Shown: positions 16,759-30,757 of the stretch, piece after piece
How positions within the stretch are numbered: the stretch's first letter is position 1
How the letters are laid out: each line of letters starts with the position of its first letter
Assembly (NCBI GenBank): GCA_000004695.1
Contig: CM000152.2
Span: 3,552,001 to 3,616,000 of the forward strand
DNA from: Dictyostelium discoideum
Lineage: Eukaryota
DNA: 64,000 bases
Direction of reading: 5' to 3'
Translations under genes and position numbers: made by a program
The notes under the pieces: generated by a model
What the model was told of the DNA's origin: nothing
The model's input: only the letters and a program-made list of their open reading frames with translations
The model's database searches: none

Positions 16759-17667
16759 TGATATTATTGAATTTGGTTCAATATTAATTATATTTATTGA
16801 AGATAATTTTAAAACTAATTTATTAATTGTTGAAGGTAAATATTTATTAAATTTTAAATTTGTTGTTATATCTGTTTCAAAGTTAATTTTTAAAATTTCT
16901 AAATTTTTTGGTAAAAAGCTAAATAAATCATCTGTACTATTATTATTATTATAAATTATATCACTTTGATTACAAGATATTTTTAATTTTTTAATTGAGT
17001 TTGATAATAGACCTTTTTTAATATACTTTATTGCATACTTTTTAATTGATAAACTTGTGATATTATTTGGAATATCACCATTTCTTAATATTATACCTTC
17101 ATTATCCCAACCTTTTTTAAATTTTAATTCATTGATTGTCGTTGGTATTTTAAAGTGACCATTACCATTATCATTATTATTTGATATGTTTGGACAAATA
17201 TTTAAAGACATTGATTTGATACTACTTGGAATGTATGGATTTAAATTTGTGGTTGTATTCTTTGGTATTGATATTACTACACCTTTAACATTGCAAACTG
17301 ACGATGGTAGTGAATGAAATTGAGTTGGTTGTTGAGGTTTCATCGAATTGAAATTAATAATCTCTACATTGTTTGATATTGATTTACTCTTTATTCTTTT
17401 CAATCTATTACCAAATTCAATCTCTTTTAAAATTCTATTATTAGGTAAATCACCAATTTCAATAATCTCTTCAAGATAAATGATTTTACTAATGAATTCT
17501 CTATCTTTATATTTTAAAATCTCTTCTCTACTTTTAAATTTAATACATTTATTTTTTTCATATTTTTCAAAAATAAAAACATAATTATAAATATGTTTAA
17601 ATAAAAATTTATTATTAAAAACTTTTTTAAAAAGTTGATATCTATATGTTATTTCATTGTTTTTCAT
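16288..17667 (-). CDS. FNIP-repeat-containing protein (Dictyostelium-type FNIP/leucine-rich repeat family), 459 aa
   Basis: Repeated ~22-aa units of the form IPNSVTSLTI..., LPISLTNLEIL..., LPESLTSIILPKEFENFNLSLPNTVNLITF. An internal 30x Asn tract is encoded by (AAT)n at 16670..16757. Confidence 0.7.
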
Positions 17668-18181
17668 ATTAACAAAAAAAAAAATGTTTTTTTTTTTTTT
17701 TGAAATCTCTTCAATTTTTTTTTTTATTTTATTTTTATTTTCATTTTTTTTTTTTTTTTTTTTAAAAATTATTCATTTATTTTTAATATGGGTTAATTAT
17801 AGAGCAACTCAAAAATATACAAAATGATATAATTTTTATTTTTATTTTTTTCAACAAAAAATTTTAATTATATAACATTTTTTTTTTTTTTTTTTTGAGT
17901 TTTTTTATTATTAAACCAAATTAAAAAATTAAAAAATTAAATTAAAATAAAATAAAAATAAATTTCAAATATCCATGCGCCTCTGTGTAAATATCTAGTT
18001 TTTATTTTTTTATTTTTTTTTAAGTTGAAAATTAAAATAATAAGTTGATCTTAGGTTTTTTTTTTTTTTTTTTTTTTTTTCCAACTTAATTTTTTCAATT
18101 TATAAATTAATTTATAATATTAAAAAAAATAATATAAATATGAAAAAAAAAAAAAAAATATTTTAAATTTCAATAAACAAA

Positions 18182-18304
18182 ATGTCATTAATTTCAGATA
18201 TAGAAAGTAGAGTATCAAATGTTGAAAAATATTTTGATATAAACACAATATGTAAAAGTGGATGTACAATTTGCACAAAAATACAAAAATGTACAGGTTT
18301 GTAT

Positions 18305-18372
<68 letters not shown>

Positions 18373-20203
18373 CAAATATTAATTTATACAATCAAATTTT
18401 TTTTTTTTTAATTTTTTTTTTTTTTTTTTTTTTTTTTAAGTTAATTGTTCTTGTTTAGGTAGTTGTAACAATTCTAATGAAATGAATGATTCATTATTTT
18501 TTAAAGTTTGGAGAAATATAGTAATAAGAAGAACAATCATTGGCAAAGAAATGATTGAAAAATTAAAACCAAAAAATGAAGTAATGGATAATGTTATTGA
18601 AAATTTAAAATACTATCAAATTAATTATGATAGAGAATTTATTTTTGAGGAAGTTAAAAAATTAAAAGATATTACCGATGTAAAATTTTCTGCAGAATTA
18701 ATTGTTCAACCATTTTTTCTGAAAATAATGGAAGTTAAAGAATATCAATTAAGTAATGCACTCTCAAGTGAGAATTTAATTGTTCGTTTAAATAGTCCAA
18801 GGGTAAAGGAATATATTCAAAGTATTGATCCATTGGTTCAATCAGTTTTACCATCACTATTTGAAATCGTTGAAAAAGAAAAACAAGAAATCAATGAAAT
18901 TCTCTCAAACATTCAAATGTTTTATGAATTGGAAGATATTGAATATCAAGGTGTAAGTGAAACAATTAGAAATTTTATTTCAAGATGTAATGAAAATTAT
19001 GAATCTTTAATTATTGATGAATTAAGCTCAAGATATGATCAAAAGAAAAAATACTTAACAAAATCATTAGAATATTTTAAAATTTATACACCAAAATATC
19101 AATATCAAATTGATAAATATTTAAATACTCATAAAACCAATGAAATTAAATCAAATAATGTATGGTCACATAATAAAATAATTTGTAAAGAAAGATACAA
19201 ATATTATAAAGAAAATCATCCAACAATTAATCTTATTAAACTTATGGAGGAATTAATTAACCACAACATACCATATAGAGAAAATAGTGAAATAATTCAA
19301 AATTTTATTAATTTTTTACCACCAAAACAATTTTTTTATAAAGATTATAAAGATAATTATAATTGTAATAATTATAATAATAATAATTATAATTATAATA
19401 ATTATAATAATAATAATAATAATAATAATGATGATGATGATTTTTATTATTGTTTAGAAGAACAATTTAAATCAAATGGTTTATCAATAAATGATATTGT
19501 TCAACATGAAAGTGATACAATTTTTTCAATTATTAAAATTCTTCAAAATGAATTTAATTCACATGGTATTCAATTTAATGGTGAATCAGAGAGTATTCAA
19601 ATATTTATTAGTAAAACATCAAGTGTAAATAGTGATAGTTTTAATAAACAATTATCATCTCTATTATCAATTGAAAAATCATTTAAAATCAAATTGAAAA
19701 TTGAAGAATTTAAAAATCAATTATTAATTAATGGTATTCAAAATCCAAAATATCCAGAACAACATAGTAAATATTTAAATTCACTTTGTCAATTCAAAGA
19801 TCCATCTTTATCTTTTAATTATAATGATGATATATGGTCACCTCAAACCATCATTAAAAAAGAATTGGAAGCAATATCAAGAATAAATAATTTAATTACT
19901 TGTTTAAGTAATGTTGGTATCACTTTTCAAAATAATACTACTAGTAATAAATTAGTTAATGACTATATCTATAATAGAGATAAAAATGGTAATCAACTTT
20001 CAATTGAAGCTTCAGTTAGTTTATTAAATGAAATTATTAAAAAAGAGAAAGAACAACAACAAGACCAACAAAATCAACAAGAACAACAAGAGCAACAAGA
20101 TGATGATGATGATGAATACTTTGAAGATTATGAAGATGAAGATGAAGATTATCAATATGATGAATATGATGAAAATGATGAAAATGATTTATATGATTGT
20201 TGA
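18182..20203 (+). CDS. Hypothetical protein (~612 aa) with a Cys-rich N-terminus and a highly acidic D/E/Y C-terminus. Exon 1 is 18182..18296, intron 18297..18440, exon 2 is 18441..20203.
   Basis: The 573-aa ORF lacks an in-frame ATG at its true 5' end. An upstream ATG exon (MSLISDIESRVSNVEKYFDINTICKSGCTICTKIQKCT) ends at donor G|GTTTGT. A 144-bp intron containing a ~57-nt poly(T) ends at TTTAAG|TT, giving in-frame continuation ...V NCSCLGSCNNSNEMNDSLFF. No recognisable domain. Confidence 0.6.
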
Positions 20204-21514
20204 GATGTGGAACAGCACTTGAATAATTGTTTTTTAAAAAAAAAGTTTTATTAAAAAAAATAATAATAAAGAAAATTCTTAAAAAACTTAGACAAAAAAC
20301 TATTACAAAAGATCCTTTGAAAATTTTTTTTTTTTTAAAAAAAAAGGTACTCGAAATGATTCATTTATATGTTGACGAACCAAATGTATTTAATCCTGAT
20401 AGATTCACAAAATCAAAAACTACCAACAACAACTGATCAACAACAATGATCTTGATAGGGTTTGTTTACCATTTCCAATTGGTCCTAGAAATTGTGTAGT
20501 GTTGTAGTGAGTTTTTTCACCCCGACTGTAGGGAAAAATAGCGCTATGTGGTCAAGAAAAAAAAAAAATGTAAAATTTCCCTACAACATGGGTTCCACAA
20601 AAAATAAAAAAATAAATAATAAAATTGAAAGTTGACTAACCATCAAATAAAAAAATAAAAAAAAAGTGGTTCATTTATTTTTATTATATATTTTTGTTTT
20701 TTATTTATTTTTTAAATTATCACCTTTTTTATTATCTCTTTTTTTAATTATAAATTATTTTTCAAATTAATTCAAACACTAATTCTACTCAAAAAATCAA
20801 AACATTAATTCTGCACCTAAAATCAGCCATGGCTGAAATTATTTTTTATTTTCTTCTTATCAATTTAGTTTATATTAATTGTCTAAAACAATAGATAAAA
20901 ATTGATTTTGGTAAATTTATCTCTTCACCATCTATATTTGATACAGCTCTTAACAATGGCGAAAAATTACAACTATTATTAATCGAATTAGCTGTTGGTG
21001 TATTTATTAAAACTCTTTTTTTATTTTTTTTTATTGGTATATTATTAATATTGAAATGATAGTAATACAAATTAATTATTCTTTGTTTTTTTTTTTTTTC
21101 AATTTTAACATTATATAATTTGTATAAATTATATATTTGTTCGCACATGTTTACGAAATCTTCAGTAGAGATTTTTTTTTTTTCAAAAATAATAAATAAT
21201 TGTTTATTCATACCCCATAATATAAACAATCTGTGAGAATCCAAGGATAAATTAAGACTGTTGATATTAGTTAAAATAAAATGTATTGTTTTAACTGTTT
21301 ATAATATTTATTATTTATTTAATTATTTTTATTTTTTTATAAATAATTTTTTTTTTTTTTTTTTTAATTTTCACAGTTCCCAAAACAAATCTTATAATAA
21401 ATTAAAGTAAATAGTTATTAATAGTATATTATAAATAGATTATGATAATAAATTATAAGTATTTTAATTTAAAGATAATATATTCTTTAAATCGATTTTA
21501 TCATACCACCTGCC

Positions 21515-21565
<51 letters not shown>

Positions 21566-21856
21566 TAAAATAATTGGATATAATAATCTTTTACAAATTA
21601 TATATTCTTTATATCTCAAAAAAATACAAGGAAAAGTAGAAAAAAGTTTATTTTAGTTTGTCAGAATTGGCCTTATATTATTATTTGGTGGGTTAAAAGT
21701 ATAAATTTATTTGATGAATGTTTTTAAATTAAATTTATATTATACAAATAATTAAAAAAAAAGAAAAAAAAAAATTAAAGATAATAATTTTTTTTTTTTG
21801 ATTAAAAATTAAAAAACATATTCTTTTTTTATAGATAAAGAAAAATAAAAAAAAAT

Positions 21857-22048
21857 GATATACCAACCTTACCATTTGCTTTACCAATAATTGGTCATCT
21901 TTACAGACCTGGAAGTAATCCACATAGAGATTTAACAAAACTGGTAGAAAAGAATGGTGGAATTATCTCTTTGTGTCTTGGTGATATCAAAACTGTAATT
22001 TTTACAGATCCTTCTATAACCAAAGAATTATTAGGCCAATTTAAGTAA
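21857..22048 (+). pseudogene. Truncated cytochrome P450 N-terminal fragment (signal-anchor-proximal Pro-rich hinge plus first beta-strand region), with no start codon in frame and a premature stop
   Basis: The frame reads DIPTLPFALPIIGHLYRPGSNPHRDLTKLVEKNGGIISLCLGDIKTVIFTDPSITKELLGQFK*. This matches the P450 consensus (P)LPxIG(H/N)L...lxkkYGpifslxlG.xxvVvlsdpexikE. The only nearby ATG is out of frame, and nothing P450-like follows the stop. Confidence 0.55.
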
Positions 22049-22202
22049 TCCATAATAACTAGAAATTTGAAATAAAGAAATCCCTACTAAAATTTCTAAT
22101 TTAAAAAATCTTGGGTAAATTAATAATTATAAAAAAAATTTAAAAATAAAAACTAATGAACTATCACTAGGTTTCAAAAGCTCATTGGGAGGAATATTAT
22201 TT

Positions 22203-22216
22203 GAGAATCGAACCAT
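22203..22216 (-). promoter_or_regulatory. External B box (exB), an extra pol III B-box copy ~30 bp downstream of the tRNA 3' end
   Basis: RC is GGTTCGATTCTC, about 30-40 bp 3' of tRNA-Lys. An extra B box at this distance downstream is a known feature of many Dictyostelium tRNA genes. Confidence 0.5.
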
Positions 22217-22245
22217 TGATCTTAAGTGTTAATTTTTATAAATTT

Positions 22246-22318
22246 CGCCCAAAGGGGGGCTCGAACCCCCGACCACAAGGTTAAAAGCCTTGCGCTCTAC
22301 CGACTGAGCTATCTGGGC
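22246..22318 (-). tRNA. tRNA-Lys(UUU): tRNA-Lys (anticodon UUU), 73 nt
   Basis: RC is GCCCAGATAGCTCAGTCGGTAGAGCGCAAGGCTTTTAACCTTGTGGTCGGGGGTTCGAGCCCCCCTTTGGGCG. It folds as a cloverleaf: 7-bp acceptor stem with one G-U, A box TAGCTCAGTCGG, anticodon loop CTTTTAA, B box GGTTCGAGCCC. It closely resembles metazoan tRNA-Lys-TTT. Confidence 0.9.
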
Positions 22319-23156
22319 CTTGAATGAAAATTGCATTTTTATTACAAAAAATCGATCAATTAAAATTATTTTTCAAAAAGTTATAAAATAAACATTCAAA
22401 AACAAAAAAGAGTATACTCTTAAGTGCAAATTATAAGGGGGACTGAAACAGAGGGACAAATATTGTATTATAGGATGCAATTGCGTCTTATAATTCATTT
22501 TATGTCTATAATGTATAACATAATAAAATTAACTATATTTTAAAAATTAAAAAGGTAAAAACTATTTAAGGTTGAGGTTAACCATTTTAGTTAATTTTCA
22601 ATTTAATTTATTAACAAATTTTGTCAAAATAAGAAATGGAAACATAACTTCTGAAAAATAGGTTTTAAAAAGAAAATGTTATTATAGATTAATTTCTATT
22701 GGTTGTTGAATCATCATTTCCAAATCTTATTATTTTGTAAAAAAAAAAAAAAAAAATTAAAAAGGAAATTAAAAGAATTGTTTTTTTAAATTTTTGAACA
22801 AATTAATTTTAAAAGAATTTTATTTTTATTTTTTTTTTTTAAAAAATTAATTTAGATTCATTCCCAGATCCCTCTGAAATTTGAAAAATAAAAAAAATAA
22901 AAAAAATTAAAAAAAATTGTTTGTAAAATGAAAGAAATCGTCAAAGTTTTTTTTTTTTTTATTCTAAATTCTATCACACAAAAAAAAAAAAAAAAACAAA
23001 TGATATAAGGGGGTAATAAAATTGAAAGTGTAATAAAAAATTATATTATATAATAAAATTTTTTTTTTTTTTATTTTTTTTATTTTTTTTATTTTTTTTT
23101 TTTTTTTTTTCCCCTTTAAAGTAATAAAAATTAAAAAAAAAAAAAAAAAAATTCCT

Positions 23157-23284
23157 TTGTATAAATTAATTATGAATAATAATAATAATAATAATAGTAA
23201 TATTAATACACATAATAATACAAATAATTATACAAATAATTATACAAATAATTATACAAATAATTATAATAATAATAATAAAAA

Positions 23285-23358
<74 letters not shown>

Positions 23359-24962
23359 TATTACCAACATTACCAATTTATTTACAAAAACATATTGTAA
23401 GAATATTAAGTAAATATATTGATGATCATAATCAAGCATTTGAATGGTATAATAAACATTCTCATTTTGATTATTGGAGAGATGGTTTAAATAAAAAGAG
23501 TGATGGAAGAAAAGAGAGTGAATTTAAACAAGATGTTATTTCATTTTCATTAGTTTGTAAATATTGGTTTAAAACATTATCAAATAATTTAATTGTAGCA
23601 AATGATTTTGTATCCTATAGAAGATTTCCAATTAAAACAGTTTTTAATGATAATAGTGGTTTAAAAGATCATTTTATAATCAAAAGATTAGTTCATCAAA
23701 ATGAAATTATAAAATTAAATAAAATTTTAAAATTTTATCAACATCCTAAAATATTTAATAACAATAATAAAAGATTACGTGATGATGATGATGAAGAACA
23801 AGAAGAACAAAAAGAACAACAAGAAGAACAAGAATTTGGTCAAAAAGAAGAACTATATCAATTTATTGAACATGAAAAAAAAGAAGTTAAAAAAGAAAAA
23901 GAAAAAAAAGAAGAGTTTAAAATTTTAAAAGATGAAAACATTGAAATTTTATTATTGAATATAGGCGAATGGAATATTCGTATAAGAGATGATGAACAAC
24001 CAGAGATGTTGTTTGAACTGATCAATGAAGCAATTTTAAAGAGATATAAGAATTTAAAAAAATTATTGATATCTCCATATAGTAGAACTGGATGTCGTCG
24101 TTATGAATGTATAGAATTTGACTATTTGGTATTGGATTGCTTTATCTATGATTATAGAATATTATCACCTAAAATTAAAGAAGTCAATCATTTAGTATTA
24201 TTAAATTGTATTGGTATCAATCCAGAACAAGCTAATCAATTATTAAATAATTTAATTTCAATTGATACTTTACATTTAAATTATAGAGACCCAAACTCTC
24301 AAGAATTCATCTTTAAAATTTTATATGAAACTAATAGTAGTTGTCTTAGTTTTCTATCAAGAATTTTCACTGATATAATTCGTATAAATGATATTTATTA
24401 CATTTTAAGAATGGCTCCAAATTTAAAAGAATTAGATTTTGACATTTGTATTGATAATATAATTTATCAATTAGAATTAAATAATAATAAAAATAATAAA
24501 AATAATTTCAGTATTAGTAGTATTATTAGTAGTAATGATTGCCCAATTATTAGTAGTAGTAATAATAGCTATAATAATTTTAATAATTTTAATAATAATA
24601 ATAATAATAATTTTCAACAACATTGTAAATGTTGTTCAAAAGATTATAATATTAATTTTATTGAAAATTGGCAATCAATTATTGAATTATTAAAGAAAAG
24701 TAAAAGTTTAAAGAAATTATCAATTGGTCATAAATGTTGTGAATATGGATCAATAAGTAATTCTCAAATTTTAGATTCAAAGGATTTAAACTCACAAATG
24801 AAGAGTAAAGTACTTTCAGATACATTGATTGATCAAATTTTATCGGTTTTCAAATATAATTCTTCAATTACTGATTTATCTTTAGTTAATATTAAAGAGT
24901 TAACCTCATTAACTAATGGTATAAAAAATTTAAATAATAATATCACTCTAAACTATCATTAA
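23157..24962 (+). CDS. Asn-rich protein with an F-box-like N-terminal motif and a Leu-rich C-terminal region (601 aa)
   Basis: LPTLPIYLQKHIVRILSKYI...SFSLVCKYWFKTL resembles an interrupted F-box (LPxEIlxxIl...VCKxWxxl). Later repeats of L-x-x-L-x-L look LRR-like. There are poly-N tracts and an acidic EEQ block. Weak call. Confidence 0.4.
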
Positions 24963-25298
24963 AAAAAAAAAAAAAAAATTGTATATTTTAAAAACTTTAA
25001 CTTATAAGTTTTTCCACATAACAATTAATTTAATTTTTCCCAAAAAAAAAAAAAAAAAAAAAATAGATCATTTTGTAAATATTAAAAGTAAATAAAAAAA
25101 AAAATAAAAAAATCTTTCCAGAAAACATTTTATTTGATTTTTTAAGATATTTTTTATTTTATTTATAATTTTTTTTTTTATTTTTTTATGCAGCTCCCCT
25201 TACTTTTTTAGTTTTTTTTTTTTTTTGATTATAAAGGTATCTAGTTAATTTTTGTTTGTTGTTATGATTGTTTATTTCGTACCCACTTTAATTTTTCC

Positions 25299-25337
<39 letters not shown>

Positions 25338-25479
25338 ATTTCTTTTTTATTTCTATTTTTTTATTTTTATTCTCAAAAAATCTAAAATTAACTTTTTTTT
25401 TTGAAAAAAAAAAAAAAATCGACGTGGTTTCTAATAATATTAATTTTCATGTTTCAAATTTTATTTTTTATTTTTTAAT

Positions 25480-25590
25480 TTCATTTTTTGCGTGGCATTT
25501 TTATTTTTTATATGCATTCACCACATGCACAACTATACAGTCAACGCTTTTGTTTTATTTCCCCATTTTCTCACCAACAACAAAACACTA
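25480..25590 (+). promoter_or_regulatory. Conserved promoter module upstream of ARF-like copy 1 (TATAAAATG box and a conserved upstream element)
   Basis: ...ttatatgcattcaccacatgcacaactatacagtcaacgctt...ccccattttctcaccaacaacaaaacactataaaatg is almost identical to 34035..34135 upstream of copy 2. The flanking AT-rich DNA has diverged. Confidence 0.5.
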
Positions 25591-25716
25591 TAAAATGAAA
25601 AAAAAAAAAGAAAATATTCATTCATTTAATAAATAAGCAAATAAAAAACAAAATAAAACAAAATTATAAATAAATTCATTTAAAAAATATAATTAAAATA
25701 ATAAAATAAAAATAAA

Positions 25717-26283
25717 ATGTTATCAGAATTATTCAACAGTTTAGCATCATTTTTTAGTAACATATTCTCATTATTTGAAGGTAAAAAAGAAACAAGAATA
25801 TTAATGATTGGACTTGATGGTGCAGGTAAATCAACACTTTTATATAAATTAAAATTGGGTGATGTTGTTTCAACCATTCCAACCATTGGTTTCAATGTCG
25901 AAACTATTGAATATAAAAATTTATCAATGACAGTTTGGGATGTAGGTGGTCAACATAAAATTCGTCCATTATGGAAACACTATTATCATGGTTCAAATGC
26001 AGTCATCTTTGTAGTTGATAGTACTGATCGTGAAAGAATGGATGAAGTTAAAGAGGAAATTGATAATCTTTTAATTCAAGATGAATTAAAAGGTACACAA
26101 ATATTAGTATTTGCAAATAAACAAGATATGAATAATGCAATGAATACTGCAGAAATTGTAAACTCTTTAGATTTAAATTCAATTAAAGATAGAAAATGGT
26201 ATGTTCAACCATGTAGCGCCATTAGATCAGATGGTATATATGAAGGATTTGATTGGGTAGCAAATTCACTCAATAATAAATAA
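25717..26283 (+). CDS. ARF-like small GTPase (ADP-ribosylation factor family), 188 aa, copy 1
   Basis: [17 protein letters not shown] (P-loop), [11 protein letters not shown] (switch I), [13 protein letters not shown] (switch II with the catalytic Gln), NKQD, CSA. About 60% identity to ARF1 along the full length. It lacks the N-terminal Gly2 myristoylation site (MLSELF...), so it is ARF-like rather than a canonical ARF. Confidence 0.9.
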   Translation: MLSELFNSLASFFSNIFSLFEGKKETRILMIGLDGAGKSTLLYKLKLGDVVSTIPTIGFNVETIEYKNLSMTVWDVGGQHKIRPLWKHYYHGSNAVIFVVDSTDRERMDEVKEEIDNLLIQDELKGTQILVFANKQDMNNAMNTAEIVNSLDLNSIKDRKWYVQPCSAIRSDGIYEGFDWVANSLNNK

Positions 26284-26409
26284 ATAATAAAATAATAAAA
26301 TAAAAGCCTTGTATATATATAGTAAAATAAATAAAGATAAAATAAAATTTTTTTTTTAATATAACATTTATTTGTTTGTTTGTTTATTTTATTATTTATT
26401 TAAAATAAA

Positions 26410-29076
26410 TTACATAACCGACGAGAGAACCAACAGCAGCAACACAACTAATTGTAATACTTGCAATTGCCCACCTGATAGTTTGGATGTTTTACCGATT
26501 GATGGTGATGGGGATGGAGATATTGATGTTTGAGTTTCTTCAATTTTAACATCATAATGAAATGGTGTAGAGCTTAATTGGAGATATAATACTCCTGATG
26601 TTTCATTAACAAATGAATTGGAATGGCATAATATAAAATCGGAACTGTTTGTAAAATCGGTTTCGTTTGAACTTAATTTTGGTGATATGCTATATTGTAA
26701 ATTACATGAAAGAGAAACATTTTCTGATGAAACTGCCAAGCTTGCATTAATAAAACCTGAAAAGCAAACACCACCAATAGTTATTGAAATACCATCTTTT
26801 TTATTTTTAATGGTTGAAATAACTGTAATCTTTGGTTCTAAATATGTTAATATTGCATTTGGTCCCAAATCATCACCGATTAATATTGAAACAAAGAGTG
26901 GACTCTCTTTACTTTCAGCTCTAACTATTAACATATTTTCATTTTGAACAATTATTGTAGTGTTTTTATTATTTGCTAATACTTTAACTTTGAATTCATC
27001 TCCATTTGACAATAAATTCTTACCAGAAACTGTGATAAAACCTCCACAAGCAATTGTTTTATTATCTTTATTTATTATACCATAAATAACAGGTGGAAAT
27101 TTTAAATTAAATAATGATTCCATATTATTTCCATTTACTGTAATATTAATTGGACCATTTTCATAGGAGTTCAATGTTTTAATAGTTAATTGATTATTTG
27201 TTAATGTTAGAATTTCTGATGAAATATCATTACCATTGAAATAAACTTTAATATATGATATTGAGTTACCGAAATTATTTCCATAAAATGTAATATTATA
27301 TTGACCTTTAGAAAATTTACGATTCTCAATATTTGGTGGAGCATATGAGTATTCATCACTAACTGTCTCTGAGTTTAATTGGAATATGAATTGTTTATTG
27401 ATACCTGTACCATATGGTGTTGAACATGTTGTTACATAGAAACTAGAATTTGAATATTGTAATGATGGTGTTGAACATTGTGTGGCTGATGAATTACCAA
27501 CTGTAATACTTGGTTGTGATGATGAACTAATTGGACAATCCATATAATATAATTCAATATTTAATGATCCATTTGAAAGATTTGGTCTATTGATTACATT
27601 TATTAATAGTGATGCTGAAATTGAAATTGTATTTGAGGTCATATTAGAACGAATGAAATTAATATTAAATGTACTACATCTTAAAAGAGGTAATTTAAAA
27701 GTTAAACTCTTTTCATCAGGCAATATTTTAAATTGGTCTATGTTTATATAACCATTAATTCCATTACTATGTAATTGAATGAACGATTCTCTATTTTTAC
27801 CAAAACGTGTACCAATTAATGTAACAATACCATTTGAATATGATCCACTTGATAAAGTTGGAGCATTATATGAAAATGATACACCATTAGGACTTGTTGA
27901 ATTACAACCACTGAAATTAACGTCAACTTTTAAATGTGTACCACCATATTCATTTGGATCTAATTTACATTCTAATTCAGTTGTAGTTGATTTAATAAGT
28001 GTACATTGTTTATTACCAATTGTAATTGATGGGATAAATGATGAATTTAAAGTTGATGATAATTTTTCACCATTAATTGTTACTATACCACCTAAATAAT
28101 TTGATACTGATGATATTGATGTTATTATTGCTGGGAAACAATGAATAAAATTCCTTTCCATTGAGACTTCATTTACCATAATATAAACAGACATTGGACC
28201 GGGATCAGGCATACTAAAGTTATTCACTTGAATTTGTGTATGATTTACTGAAATATTAAAATTGGGTTGATTAACACCATTAATAGAAACTTCAACCAAT
28301 TTTTTATCTGTAAAGAAGTTATCACCATTAATTGTTAATATGTGTTTCAATGAGTCTGAAACAGTACTTGATATTTTAGGTGATTCGTATGAAAATGGAA
28401 AACGACTACTCCAACTATCTTCATCAAATGAAAATGCAAAATTTCCAGAGCCTGGTGGAATTGTTACAGTAATATTATTACAGTCAAAAGATGGATCAGA
28501 GAAATTACCTTTAATAACAAAAGGATTATTTGTATTTTGAAGCAAATTTGGACCACCCCTTATTCTTAAATAATTGCCAGTAATTACTATATCACCTCCA
28601 GATGTTTTAGGTTTTTTATTATATTTCAAATTAGTTGGTTTTGGAAATCTATAAAATTCTGAAATACTAAATGGACACTCTTCAATTGGACTTGATACTT
28701 CTCTTACACATATCTTACTGTGAACACTACCCCATAATCTTGATAATGGCTCATCTGAATGGAATGTACAATATCTCCTATTACCATCAATAACAAGACT
28801 ACAATCAAAATAATTTGGTGCCATTTCATATCTTGGTGTTGTTTCGTTTTGATACATAATTAAACGGGTGGGATATGAACGATGACTTTGAAATACTAAT
28901 GTGAATGATTTTTCATCAAATATTGCATCTAAAAAAACAAATTAATTGAATAAACAAATTATTATAAATAAATTAAAAAAAAAAAAAAGATATTTACCAA
29001 TTGAGTATGGACGTTCCATTAAATATCCTAATTTAAATATTGAGAATAAAATCAGTAATATTATTTTCTGTTCCAT
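26410..29076 (-). CDS. Secreted IPT/TIG-repeat cell-surface protein, Tgr-like, probably GPI-anchored, about 841 aa, copy 1. Exon 1 is 29076..28998 (signal peptide), intron 28997..28929, exon 2 is 28928..26410.
   Basis: The 815-aa ORF begins without a signal peptide. Upstream, an ATG exon [26 protein letters not shown](G/D) ends at donor GTAAAT and is joined via a 69-bp intron (acceptor TTTTAG) in frame to [36 protein letters not shown]. The body contains multiple IPT/TIG-type repeats ([12 protein letters not shown]..., [55 protein letters not shown]). The C-terminus (...[30 protein letters not shown]) looks like a GPI-attachment signal. There are many N-glycosylation sequons. Confidence 0.75.
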
Positions 29077-30455
29077 TTTTATTATATTTTTATCTTTTGA
29101 ATTTGGATTTATTAGTTATACTTATAAAAAAAATTAATTAAAAAGACAAATTTAACTAAAACGTGAAATAATAATTTTTAATATACGAATAGAAAAAAAA
29201 AAAAAAATAATAAAAATAAAATAAAAAAAAAAATAAAATAAAAAAATAAAATTTAATATTTAAAAAAACCGAAAACAACATCTAAAAATAGAGGCTCTGG
29301 TTAATGAGCTTGATTGGTATATTTCATACATCAACCAAATTAAATTCACAAAACAAAAAAAAAAAAAAAAATATTTGAAAACACAAAACAGTAATTTAAA
29401 AATAAATTATTTTTAAACATCAACCAAAAATTTCTTTTTTATATTTTTAATTGTATTTTTGGTTTGTTAATTAATTATTATTTGATTTTCCTTGAGATAA
29501 TTAAAAAGTAAGTTTTTTTTTTTAAAAAAGGAAATAAATATAAATAATGGAAAATTGAAAAAAAAAAAAAAAAAAAACACAATTTCATATTCTCTTGGGT
29601 TCTCTTTTTTAAAAAAAAAATTACCATATAATGAATAAAAATTTAAAAATTGTTGATGAACCCTTTCTAATTTTAATTAAAAAAGAATTCATTAAAAATT
29701 AAAATAAATATAGTTGATAGAATGCAAACATTTTTTATTTATTTATTTATAATTTGAAATTAATAATACATATTAATTTGTTTTATTTTCTTTAAAAAGA
29801 ATAATAATAATAAATTTAAATAATTAAGAATTGAATCTATGCCAATGAAGTGATTATAAAAGAGTAATAATTAATTATCTTGTGTGGAGAGATTTTTTTT
29901 TTTTTTTTTTTTTATTTTCCATTTTTTTTTTTTTAACTACACGAACAATTTCGCAATGCGATAAACAATGATACATATATGTAATAATTATTTAACATAA
30001 AACAAATTAACAAATCATACTTGAATCACTTTGATCAAATATATGATAGTGAACATAATAAGGGTGGTACTAGAAAACAAGTTGACGAATTATCTATTAA
30101 AGATAAAATTGTTTTGAAAATTTCAAATCTATTACAAATTGTTAAAGAAAAACTAAACTTAAATATTAAATTATTAGGTAAATTATTATATATATATATC
30201 TGTAGTTTTAAAAGTATTATAACATCTTATTAACCAAAAAATATGTATTTCTTTTTTTTTTTATTAAAATAGATTATGGTGCTGATTCTTTAAAAATTGG
30301 ATAGAACTTCAATATGTTCCAATTTCTTTAGTAAAATTACAAAATACTTTAATTAATGATATTATTTTATATATTTCATCTAAATAAATCTCAAAATTTA
30401 TTACACAATTCCATTAAAATTAACACCAATTTAAAAAAAAAAGAAAAAATCAAAT

Positions 30456-30530
30456 CAAATCAAATCAAATCAAATCAAATCAAATCAAATCAAATCAAAT
30501 CAAATCAAATCAAATCAAATCAAACCAAAT
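30456..30530. repeat. (CAAAT)n pentanucleotide microsatellite, about 15 units
   Basis: Direct reading: caaatcaaatcaaat... It produces the spurious ORF 30356..30577. Confidence 0.9.
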
Positions 30531-30757
30531 CAAATTTAGTAAAAAAAAAAAAAAAAAAAAAAAATTTAACTAAATAAATAATATTGGATAACGCAAATTT
30601 TTATTTAGTTTTTAATTTTATTATTATTTTTATAATATTAAAAACAATAAAAATTATAATACTTTTTAACAATTTTTTTTAATATTATTTGATTTATTCC
30701 TCCCTTCATTATCTTTCCAGGATTTCTTTTTTATATATATTTATTATTTGATTTATA

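Noticed and set aside
16605-16787. Poly-Tyr ORF
   Set aside because: It is the antisense frame of the (AAT)n poly-Asn tract in the FNIP gene.
26618-28540. Plus-strand ORFs inside the Tgr-like gene copy 1, and the equivalent ones in copy 2 (36296..36502) and copy 3 (57483..57848)
   Set aside because: They are antisense to a long, domain-rich ORF and have no motifs.
28946-29137. 63-aa plus-strand ORF
   Set aside because: It is the antisense of the signal-peptide exon and intron of Tgr-like copy 1.
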